The notes under the pieces were generated by a model. That model searched no databases and was not told where the DNA came from. It saw only the letters and a program-made list of their open reading frames with translations. Positions 1 to 7,455 of a DNA stretch of 26,318 nt are shown piece after piece. The position numbers and the translations under genes were made by a program. Position 1 is the stretch's first letter. Each line of letters opens with the position of its first letter. The DNA is from a virus. Its lineage: Duplodnaviria; Caudoviricetes. Location: positions 1 to 26,318 of IMG/VR virus record IMGVR_UViG_3300020414_001906, one strand, 5' to 3'.

Positions 1-1652
1 CCACTAATTGGTGAACCTTCTTCTGTATCATCTACATCAGTTTCATCAAAGTCTGCGCCGCCGCCTTCAAACTCGCCACCAGGAACACTTGCACCTACTG
101 ATTTAAGACCGTCTTGACCTTCAGGATCACCAGTGCCTTTTTCTTCTGCCCATAGTTTTTCGTTTTCCATGATTTCTTCATCAGATAGACCCAAGAAACG
201 TTTCATTGCAAAACGTTTACTTACATACTCTGCACCTTCGATTGCAGTGAATACGTTCATCATTACTTGGTCAACTTCTGCTTGACGATACTTACCAAAG
301 TTTTGTGGAGTATTGAATTTCAAATCAAATAAAGAACTTTCAATTACAACACCTCTGTGTTTCAAGAACATCTTAAATTCTCTATCTAAGTCTTCAACTA
401 CTAGTGCTTGTAATCTTTCACAGAATTTAGTAAATCTAAACTCTTGAATAAATGCAGTTCCTACACGACCATCATTGTAACCGTTACCATCGCTATCTAA
501 ACTACCTAGATAACTTGGCGGTACTCTAAGACCACGCATTAACTTATCATTGAAATATCTTAAGTCATCAATCTGTCCTAAGTTTTCACCACCTGGTAGT
601 GTCTCAACTTTAGAACCACGACCTTCAGCCGTTTGTGCAAAGAAATAATCTTCCATAATAGATAGTGGGTTGTATGCACTATCTGTGATGTTTTGTCCAC
701 CACCTGTTTTTGAAGGGATACGTCTTTGATGAATATCATTTTTGATACGTTCTAAATGGGCACGTGCTTTATGTGTTGGCATGTTACCAACATCAATGTA
801 GAATACTCTACGCTCTGGTGCTCTTTGAACACGATAAATTAAGATTGCATCTTCAAGTAATTCTTTTTGTTTGTAAACTTTGAATACTGGTTCAAGAATT
901 GAATTACCAAAAGGCCAAAAGCCATCGATACCTTCACTTAATGAAATATGAACAACGTGCTTTGCATCAACTGGTGTTGATGTTTGTTCTGATACATATC
1001 TTGTTCCTCCTACAGAACCAGCCGCATATCCCTGAGTTGTATTTGCATTTACGTTAGGACTAGATGGGAATCCAGCTGATGAATGTAAGAGTTTATTTTC
1101 GTCTGCGGTAATGTTAAGACTTTGTAGATTGACATCCATATCTTTAATATAATATGCTTCAATCTTTTTGCCTTTACCTTCGTTAACAATAACTTTTTCA
1201 ATTTTTGCAGGATCAACCCAGAATAATTTAAATGTTTCTGGATCACGAACAAAGATTTGGTCACCGTACTTAACAGAATTTCTAAAAAGTCTAAACATAC
1301 GTTTGTGCATTTCATTCATGTTGCACCACTGTTTTAATGACTTTTGAATAATGTCGTTTTCTGTGTCACTTGCTTCTTCGTTATATTCTACATGAAATGG
1401 TAACTTAGTGTACTCATTCTTTAATGTAGAAAATTCTGCAATAGTATCTAATGCAGTATTGACTTCTGAATCAAGATCCATCTGGTCATATTGTCCATAT
1501 CGTTGTACACGATTTGGTTGACCTTGATAGACTTCTGGTAGCCAACTGCTATATCGTTTTGTGTCTGCATCTGCCGATACACCAGTGCCTGTAGATGCAG
1601 GCATTCTTTCTGGCATCCCGTCATATGTTTTAAAATATTTTTTCCAACTCAT
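1..1652 (-). CDS. gp20: Portal protein (T4 gp20-like), 3' end runs off the window
   Basis: Translated by hand from ATG at 1652: MSWKKYFKTYDG...; contains LEDAILIYRVQRAPERRVFYIDVGNMP and EDYFFAQTAEGRGSKVETLPGGENLGQIDD, hallmark gp20 motifs. Absent from the ORF track because no stop lies in the window. Confidence 0.95.
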   Translation of the reverse strand, partial: MSWKKYFKTYDGMPERMPASTGTGVSADADTKRYSSWLPEVYQGQPNRVQRYGQYDQMDLDSEVNTALDTIAEFSTLKNEYTKLPFHVEYNEEASDTENDIIQKSLKQWCNMNEMHKRMFRLFRNSVKYGDQIFVRDPETFKLFWVDPAKIEKVIVNEGKGKKIEAYYIKDMDVNLQSLNITADENKLLHSSAGFPSSPNVNANTTQGYAAGSVGGTRYVSEQTSTPVDAKHVVHISLSEGIDGFWPFGNSILEPVFKVYKQKELLEDAILIYRVQRAPERRVFYIDVGNMPTHKARAHLERIKNDIHQRRIPSKTGGGQNITDSAYNPLSIMEDYFFAQTAEGRGSKVETLPGGENLGQIDDLRYFNDKLMRGLRVPPSYLGSLDSDGNGYNDGRVGTAFIQEFRFTKFCERLQALVVEDLDREFKMFLKHRGVVIESSLFDLKFNTPQNFGKYRQAEVDQVMMNVFTAIEGAEYVSKRFAMKRFLGLSDEEIMENEKLWAEEKGTGDPEGQDGLKSVGASVPGGEFEGGGADFDETDVDDTEEGSPIS

Positions 1653-1671
1653 TTTTTAGTCCTTAACTTTA

Positions 1672-1700
1672 ATACTAGCATATCTAGTATTGTTTGTCAA
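1672..1700 (-). promoter_or_regulatory. Sigma70-type promoter upstream of the portal gene
   Basis: TTGACA-N17-TAGTAT with extended -10 TG; overlaps inverted repeat AATACTAG-N5-CTAGTATT (1671-1691). Confidence 0.6.
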
Positions 1701-1704
1701 CCCC

Positions 1705-4038
1705 TTAATACGCACTAGGGTTACTCAATGCATTAATTAAATTCCTTATCTCTCCGATTAGAGCATTTCTGTCTTTATTGTTATCACCTGTTAGTTCATC
1801 CGCCCTTTCTTGACTTCTGAACAAGTTAGCTTTGTATTCGCCGTCTAGGGAGGTAATTGCTTGAATTAGTCTCTCTAATTGTTCTTGTCCTTCTGGAGAA
1901 CGTGCCGCATCTGTTGTTGCTATTGCTTCTATTGCCGCAAGTAAATCAGCTTTGTTTGACGCAAACGTATCCCCACTGTTAAACCCTGTCATTTCTGCTA
2001 GGTCTAACGCAATACCTTTCATAGCCGCAGGATCTTTAGATTTTAAAGCCGCCTCAATTTCGTCAAACATGTTTTCTGCACGATTATCCAAAAACAAGAA
2101 TCCGCCTCTGTCTTCTAATCTACTTTTACCGACTGCTAAATCAGTATTGGAATCAACAATATCAGAGGCTCCTTTTGCTACTTCTTCTGCGTTATCACCT
2201 GCTTCCGTTAAATTTGGTATTAATTCGTTAGCACTTGTAATAAAACCTAAAGCCTTAGTAAGTGCAACTCCTATGTTTCTACCTGCATCAACTACTATAC
2301 CTGACGCTTCACCAACTGTAGAAGTCAGTGCCGCTGTATTCTCACCTAACTGAATTGTACTGACTATTAAATCTTCGTTAGTACTATTAAGTCTTCTAAG
2401 ATTATTTGCACTTGTTTCAGTTTGAGCATTAACTAAATTTTCAATAGCAACTGTAGATTTTCTTGCTAGGTCTTCTGATTGAATTACTAATTTGTCCATT
2501 TCTGATTGACCTTGATTTCCACCAACAGTACCGGCATCTGCATCTTCCGCCGTTGACATTTGTTTAAGCATACTATCAAATAATGCTTGTAGTTCAGGAG
2601 ATGTTTGTAATAGTGCAATAATATCTTCTCTGTTACGCAAACCGCCCATTAACTCTTGAAACTGACCACCTAATCCTGCAACCACAGTTTGAAAATCGCC
2701 TGCATTGGCATCTGTGTTCTCAACTAAACTTGCAAACTGTTCAATCATTGGTAACATTTGAAGACCAATACCACCTGGTAAATCTCTTAGTGCTTGTGCT
2801 TCAGGTGAACGTGCTTCAAATCTGTCACGTGAACCAGCTGTCAATCTTGCAATCAACGCCTGACCAAACATACTGTCTTCACCTATGTTACCCATATTTG
2901 CTAATGCTGTTCTTGTTCTGTCTGCTTTTTCAGGATCCATCATGGCCAATAAAGAAGTAACTTGTTTATCTTCAAGTCTATTTTTAATTATTTCAGCCGC
3001 TTCTGTAAGTGAAACTTTTAATGTATTGGATGTTGATTGAACACCTTCCATAAAATCTTCCATGCCATTACGCATTTGTTCTTCATTCATTTTACCTAAT
3101 AAGTTTGCATTACGCAACGTATCCAAATACGTACCTGCCATACCAACAGTTTCAGTAAAGTTTAATCCAAATCTTTGCATCATGTTAACACCATCATCGA
3201 ATGGTTCTAGTGCCATTGCATTTGCAAACTTTAATGCTTTTTCTACACCTACTTGCCCAACTGCAAAGCTAAACTTATCAACAAATGCCGCGGCATCTCC
3301 AAATGTAAATCCTGTTGCAGTTATCATTTCTGACATGTTCTGTAATCCAGCAGTTGTGGCATCAAATCCTGCCATTAAACCTGATTGTCTTATTTCATTT
3401 GCTAGATTAAATCTGTCTTCAAATCCTTGCTGTAAAAAACCATTAATACCTTCTGATGCTGTTAAAATCGCCGCGCCTGCTTTTCCTAGTTTGCCTATGT
3501 GGTCTTTCATCTGTACTGGTAGAGCCTTGTCAGCTAAACCTTCAAAACTTAATAAATCTGCATTATCAGTTTTCTTGGCCAATTCTAGTTTAGCGGCTAA
3601 TCTTGCATTCGCCTCATCATCTGCATATACCTGTCCTGGTCCCATATATTTTCTTGTAAGACTGTCTTCTAGTAGTTTATTTCTTCTGGCGTCTAACTCT
3701 TGTTGTATTCTATCATTACGAACCATATCCTGTAAGGCAGTTGATATTCTTCCAAACATACCCAATGACTTCTTTTCAATATCCGTAGCTTTGACTGTTG
3801 TTGTTTTTAAATCATCGACTGCTTTTTCAACTGAGTCTGAGGTTTGTTGTATGGTTTGACGCAATACTTTTAAAGTTGCCGCTTCACCTTTCGCTACAGC
3901 ATCTAATTTCCTAGATACATCAGCGGTAAGTTTGTTCTCTCCAGCTAATATATTTTTTATATCCCTAAGAGTAGCCTCAGTGGACCATTGCGGTAGATTA
4001 GGACCTAAACCTTCAATAAAAACATTTTCTTCAGCCAT
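1705..4038 (-). CDS. Putative tape-measure-like virion protein
   Basis: 777 aa, Ala/Gly/Leu/Gln-rich and apparently helical; lies between the portal and the tail chaperone-like gene; late-promoter motif upstream. Function inferred from composition and context. Confidence 0.55.
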   Translation of the reverse strand: MAEENVFIEGLGPNLPQWSTEATLRDIKNILAGENKLTADVSRKLDAVAKGEAATLKVLRQTIQQTSDSVEKAVDDLKTTTVKATDIEKKSLGMFGRISTALQDMVRNDRIQQELDARRNKLLEDSLTRKYMGPGQVYADDEANARLAAKLELAKKTDNADLLSFEGLADKALPVQMKDHIGKLGKAGAAILTASEGINGFLQQGFEDRFNLANEIRQSGLMAGFDATTAGLQNMSEMITATGFTFGDAAAFVDKFSFAVGQVGVEKALKFANAMALEPFDDGVNMMQRFGLNFTETVGMAGTYLDTLRNANLLGKMNEEQMRNGMEDFMEGVQSTSNTLKVSLTEAAEIIKNRLEDKQVTSLLAMMDPEKADRTRTALANMGNIGEDSMFGQALIARLTAGSRDRFEARSPEAQALRDLPGGIGLQMLPMIEQFASLVENTDANAGDFQTVVAGLGGQFQELMGGLRNREDIIALLQTSPELQALFDSMLKQMSTAEDADAGTVGGNQGQSEMDKLVIQSEDLARKSTVAIENLVNAQTETSANNLRRLNSTNEDLIVSTIQLGENTAALTSTVGEASGIVVDAGRNIGVALTKALGFITSANELIPNLTEAGDNAEEVAKGASDIVDSNTDLAVGKSRLEDRGGFLFLDNRAENMFDEIEAALKSKDPAAMKGIALDLAEMTGFNSGDTFASNKADLLAAIEAIATTDAARSPEGQEQLERLIQAITSLDGEYKANLFRSQERADELTGDNNKDRNALIGEIRNLINALSNPSAY

Positions 4039-4051
4039 TATATTTTCTCTC

Positions 4052-4080
4052 TTGACAAGTTAAACTTCGTAGTTTATAAT
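4052..4080 (+). promoter_or_regulatory. Consensus sigma70 promoter
   Basis: TTGACA (4052-4057)-N17-TATAAT (4075-4080). Confidence 0.8.
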
Positions 4081-4091
4081 ATGTCTAAATA
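4062..4091 (+). promoter_or_regulatory. 14-bp palindrome plus late-promoter-like CTAAATA
   Basis: AAACTTCGTAGTTT followed by TAAATA at 4086-4091; the same architecture recurs at 12522 and 24222. Confidence 0.55.
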
Positions 4092-4125
4092 TACGTATAT
4101 AACCACACTTAGTTTATTATAAGTG

Positions 4126-4133
4126 TATTTATC
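4126..4133 (-). promoter_or_regulatory. T4-like late promoter (GATAAATA) for the tape-measure-like gene
   Basis: Variant of the T4 late TATAAATA box; the same octamer precedes the structural operons at 12543 and 24243. Confidence 0.55.
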
Positions 4134-4149
4134 AATTCAAGGAATTAAC

Positions 4150-4995
4150 ATGACAGAAAATCCGCTATCTAAATATTTTAGAAAACCGGCGATTTACATT
4201 AGTTTACCATCAAAGGGACATTTTAACCCTGAGATAGACCAAACAATGATTGATGAAGTGGGCGTATTACCCATGACTGCTATTGATGAAATAGGAATGA
4301 GAAGTCCTGATGCATTACTTAATGGTGAGGCAATGATTTCTCTTATAAAAAGTTGTGTACCTTCAATACCAAATGTGAGAAATCTATGTAATATAGATGT
4401 TGAAGCCCTTTATCTTGCTATTCAATATGCTACTTACGGAAAAGATATCACACATTCTCACAAATGTTCAAAATGTGGGTCACAAAGCGATTTTAATATA
4501 GATATCAACTTTTTATTAAATAAGTTTCCAGAAATCGATAAAGTAGAACCGATATTATATGAAGATTTAGTCATACATCTAAGACCACCAAGTTTAGAAA
4601 GTGTAACACGGGTTGCTCTTATCAGAATAGAAGAACAGAGAATAATTAAAAATATTCAAACTGAATCTGTTGATGAAACTGATGAGGTAGAACTTGCGAA
4701 ACGTTTTTATTCAAGTTTTAAACGTGTTGCCAATCATAATGTAGACTTGTTGGGTGAAACTATTAATAAAATAGAAACACCAAACGGTGATGTAACTGAC
4801 CGAATGCAAATCAAAGAGTTTTTATCAAATATACCAAGTAATATTGTTGAGAAAATCAACAAAACAGTAGAAGGTATTACTAAAAGACCAGATGATTTAT
4901 CAAAATTCAATTTTGTTTGTCCTGAAAAGGAATGTGGACACAAAGAAGATGTACAGTTGGAGTTGAACCCTGTAAATTTTTCCAAAGCTGGTTAG
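4150..4995 (+). CDS. T4 gp26-like baseplate hub / tail assembly chaperone
   Basis: Start ATG 4150 after AAGGA. N-terminal NPLSKYFRKPAIYISLPSKG, MTAIDE, DALLNG, and two Cys pairs (CSKC, CPEKEC) typical of gp26-like proteins of T4-related phages. Confidence 0.75.
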   Translation: MTENPLSKYFRKPAIYISLPSKGHFNPEIDQTMIDEVGVLPMTAIDEIGMRSPDALLNGEAMISLIKSCVPSIPNVRNLCNIDVEALYLAIQYATYGKDITHSHKCSKCGSQSDFNIDINFLLNKFPEIDKVEPILYEDLVIHLRPPSLESVTRVALIRIEEQRIIKNIQTESVDETDEVELAKRFYSSFKRVANHNVDLLGETINKIETPNGDVTDRMQIKEFLSNIPSNIVEKINKTVEGITKRPDDLSKFNFVCPEKECGHKEDVQLELNPVNFSKAG

Positions 4996-5006
4996 CAACC
5001 GCCAGC
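4974..5006 (+). other. Candidate -1 programmed ribosomal frameshift signal
   Basis: A_AAT_TTT heptamer in X_XXY_YYZ phase; GGAG 11 nt upstream; GCTGGT/GCCAGC stem 6 nt downstream; the -1 frame is open to 5213. Confidence 0.65.
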
Positions 5007-5213
5007 AATGAAGAAATTGTAGAAAAACAAAAAAAGTTTGAAAAAGAACTTGACAACGTACATAAAAATTTGTTACAATTAAGCTGGTATATGAGAGGTG
5101 GGGTCTCGATTCGGGAACTTCACGATATGCCAGTAAATCATATCAAGCATCTTAACGAAATAGTTGAGAAAAACTTTGAAATGAGTAAAAAGGCAGGAAT
5201 GCCAATACTATAA
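4980..5213 (+). CDS. Small tail-chaperone C-terminal extension (gp51-like / GT-like), probably reached by frameshift
   Basis: -1 frame relative to the upstream gene; LSWYMRGGVSIRELHDMP resembles the T/E' segments of tail assembly chaperones. The track start at 4932 is internal to the upstream gene. Confidence 0.65.
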   Translation, partial: FQSWLATASNEEIVEKQKKFEKELDNVHKNLLQLSWYMRGGVSIRELHDMPVNHIKHLNEIVEKNFEMSKKAGMPIL

Positions 5214-5275
5214 CTAATACGACTAATACAATCTAATATCTAACTCGGCGAAAAGGGAAAAGAGAATGACTAATA
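5214..5275 (+). repeat. Short direct repeats CTAATA x4
   Basis: CTAATA at 5214, 5223, 5233 and 5270. Confidence 0.5.
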
Positions 5276-5712
5276 TCTCAGCATACATAGTGGAATCGTT
5301 TGTCGGGTTGCCGACACGGGATTGAGATTGCAAATGTAGTGTTTGCCGTCGGACTAGTCAGGATGAATTCTGACATTCTTCTCGTAAACCACAAAGAGTA
5401 TTCATAATCATAAAACAGCCATGGTCCCTGAAGGACATGGTTGACTAGTATAAATTTACCGATGATAGGTTTTTATAACACTATCTGCTTTTTATAGTTT
5501 CTATCTATGTGGATTATAAAAGGTGCCGTTGGGTCGAAAGACGCAATACTAAGTTAAGGAGGGATCGCCAACCGACTCCGTCGTAACTAGCGACTAACTT
5601 AGACATAGAGGCGATGAGCAAGGGACAGATAAGACAAGAATTTTCTGTACAGCCATTTTTTAATTGTCCTGGGAACAGGGCAATTATGGCTTCTTCACGG
5701 GACAGAGATCCC
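5245..5712 (+). ncRNA. Putative large structured non-coding RNA (family not recognised; boundaries approximate)
   Basis: GC-richer interval with no credible ORF. At least 9 stems, two closed by GNRA loops (GAAA 5536-5539, GGAA 5672-5675), multi-way junctions, and G-U wobbles that pair only on the + strand. Confidence 0.7.
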
Positions 5713-5718
5713 ATACTA

Positions 5719-5747
5719 TTGACATATGATTATAATTGATATATAAT
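5719..5747 (+). promoter_or_regulatory. Consensus sigma70 promoter upstream of the resolvase
   Basis: TTGACA (5719-5724)-N17-TATAAT (5742-5747). Confidence 0.8.
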
Positions 5748-5840
5748 ATAAAAACAAATACCGAATTAATTCGAATGAGTGAAACGAATGAGAATTAAGA
5801 GGGATTAGGTCTTTAGACCTTTTATAGTGAAAGATATAAT

Positions 5841-6371
5841 ATGCCAAGTAAAAGTAAAGCAAAAGGTAGTTCTTATGAAAGGGAACTAGCAAAATTCTTA
5901 AGTGAGAAATATAATGGGAGTTTTGTACGTGTACCAAATAGTGGTGCATATATAGGTGGTAGTAATTTCCATAGAGCAACTAACTTAAGCGAAGGACAAG
6001 TAAGAGGTTTTAAAGGAGATATTATACCTCCTGATAACTGGAAATACTTTAACTGTGAATGCAAGAGTTATGCTGATTTCCCTTTTCACCATTTTCTATA
6101 CAATAAGAAAATTCCGCTTTTAGAAGGTTGGATAAATCAAACCATGGAGATTGCGGAAGAGGGCGATGTTAATATTCTTTTCATGAAATTTAATCGTAAG
6201 GGAACTTACGTAGCATTCCAAGAACATCTAATCAACAAAGGTTGGAGATGTCCTATTCATGTGAAATACAATTCAGAAAAATATGGTACTTGGTTATTTT
6301 TAAGTACAGATGAATTCTGGGAGTACAACACTGAACGATTTGAATATCACTGTGTAAGTGGTATTAAATAA
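5841..6371 (+). CDS. Holliday junction resolvase (Hjc-like PD-(D/E)xK)
   Basis: KGSSYERELAKFL, RVPNSGA, GDII and ECKSY motifs. Confidence 0.8.
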   Translation: MPSKSKAKGSSYERELAKFLSEKYNGSFVRVPNSGAYIGGSNFHRATNLSEGQVRGFKGDIIPPDNWKYFNCECKSYADFPFHHFLYNKKIPLLEGWINQTMEIAEEGDVNILFMKFNRKGTYVAFQEHLINKGWRCPIHVKYNSEKYGTWLFLSTDEFWEYNTERFEYHCVSGIK

Positions 6372-6495
6372 AGAACGACATAATCAGTAAACCCATAATA
6401 AGACCTTTTATATAAGCAATCCAGGCAAGACCATATGCGTCTACATTAAATTTCTTTTGCCATTTTTCAGTTTGTTTTCTATGCCACTGTAACAT
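6364..6495 (-). CDS. Small putative membrane protein (43 aa)
   Basis: Hand translation MLQWHRKQTEKWQKKFNVDAYGLAWIAYIKGLIMGLLIMSFFI; GGAG SD upstream; hydrophobic C-terminus; below the track length cutoff. Confidence 0.7.
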   Translation of the reverse strand: MLQWHRKQTEKWQKKFNVDAYGLAWIAYIKGLIMGLLIMSFFI

Positions 6496-6496
6496 G

Positions 6497-6715
6497 TTAT
6501 TCTCCTTCACTATCTTTGCAAGTAACTTTATAACCTGCGTAATAGTTTGGTATTTGTTCTGTTTTCATAGCCCACTCTATATATTCTATAGCGGCTAATC
6601 TAACACGTTCACATTGTTCTATGGTGTCAAAAGGTCGAGGTACGAACGGTCCCTGATTGGGAACCATTTCTTGACCATTTGATAATATAAAAATAATAAC
6701 CATAAACACTTTCAT
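6497..6715 (-). CDS. Hypothetical protein (hydrophobic N-terminus, two Cys)
   Basis: 72-aa ORF in a tightly packed operon; ATAAATA box just upstream. Confidence 0.7.
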   Translation of the reverse strand: MKVFMVIIFILSNGQEMVPNQGPFVPRPFDTIEQCERVRLAAIEYIEWAMKTEQIPNYYAGYKVTCKDSEGE

Positions 6716-6761
6716 CTAAGTATTTATGGAATGGTGTCAAAAACTTAACAACTGAGTTAAG

Positions 6762-6980
6762 TTAACCCCCTACATAAGTCTTGTTTTTAGGTCTGAACCA
6801 GACTTTTTGTTCATGAATTCTTCCTAGCAGATTTTGTATCTCAAGCATTTCTTCTCTTAGTTCTGGAGACGTTTCACCCTGAGCGATTGCTAGTCCGCGT
6901 CTACCTGCTTTAGCACGTAACGCCTGTTCAATAACTTCTATATCTCTTACTGATAATTCAAATTTTTTGTTTGCTTTCAT
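6762..6980 (-). CDS. Hypothetical phage protein
   Basis: ORF overlapping its neighbour in the operon; ATG at 6980. Confidence 0.7.
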   Translation of the reverse strand: MKANKKFELSVRDIEVIEQALRAKAGRRGLAIAQGETSPELREEMLEIQNLLGRIHEQKVWFRPKNKTYVGG

Positions 6981-7158
6981 CACTGCTACTCTTTACTTTA
7001 GTCCAATGAGAATCTTCTGATACGCTACCGATATATTCTTCGCCCGTTTCCATATCGATAAGTTTATATTTGTTTGGGCATTTAGTATAAATTTTTAATG
7101 TAATTGCTTTTTCTAATTCGTTTGCGATATTACCGTTTTTAAGTTTTCTTGTTTTCAT
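6958..7158 (-). CDS. Hypothetical phage protein
   Basis: 66-aa ORF overlapping both neighbours. Confidence 0.7.
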   Translation of the reverse strand: MKTRKLKNGNIANELEKAITLKIYTKCPNKYKLIDMETGEEYIGSVSEDSHWTKVKSSSDESKQKI

Positions 7159-7327
7159 TTTTCTTTAATGGACTCTTACTGTTTCGTCTAAACTTATAAT
7201 TAAGTTGACCTTCCTCTGTGATTGCGCCTTCAGGGCATTGTTGAATCTTTCCACCCTTTTTCAAAAATTGTTCAATCTGTTTATTTAGAAGTTCTTTCTC
7301 TAATCGTTTTTGTTCTTGTTTGTCCAT
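7139..7327 (-). CDS. SutA-like RNA polymerase-binding small protein
   Basis: LNKQIEQFLKKGGKIQQCPEG matches, from recall, the FL-x-x-GG-x-I core of the SutA RNAP-binding domain; AAGGA SD. Confidence 0.55.
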   Translation of the reverse strand: MDKQEQKRLEKELLNKQIEQFLKKGGKIQQCPEGAITEEGQLNYKFRRNSKSPLKKNENKKT

Positions 7328-7340
7328 CGGAGTTCCTTAT

Positions 7341-7372
7341 AAAAAATAGCCCGACACAGAATGTCGGGCTAT
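7341..7372 (-). terminator. Rho-independent terminator
   Basis: 11-bp perfect stem ATAGCCCGACA/TGTCGGGCTAT, 5-nt loop, U-tract on the minus strand. Confidence 0.85.
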
Positions 7373-7449
7373 GTTGCTCTCTGTGTTGAGAAACTAAAGA
7401 TGCCTAGCTAGATGAGAGAGGTTGAGAGGAGACACTTGACATCTTTAAT
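7341..7449 (-). ncRNA. Putative small RNA with CU-rich anti-SD loop
   Basis: Own promoter and terminator; 10-bp stem UAAAGAUGUC/GGCAUCUUUA encloses CUCCUCUCAACCUCUCUC. Confidence 0.7.
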
Positions 7450-7455
7450 ATATAC

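Noticed and set aside
1049-1315. 88-aa minus-strand ORF
   Set aside because: Alternative frame inside the portal gene.
3062-3859. 265-aa + strand ORF (also 1952-2353 and 2730-2960)
   Set aside because: Antisense shadows of the 777-aa gene; biased composition and no SD.
5245-5712. tmRNA, RNase P, group I/II intron or CRISPR interpretation
   Set aside because: No tRNA-like ends, no GAGGAAAGUCC, no convincing P7 or domain V pairing, no interrupted gene, no repeat-spacer periodicity. This was judged by eye only.
5514-5714. 66-aa minus-strand ORF in the structured region (also 5716-5979)
   Set aside because: No SD or recognisable motif; the region is better explained by + strand RNA structure and a promoter.
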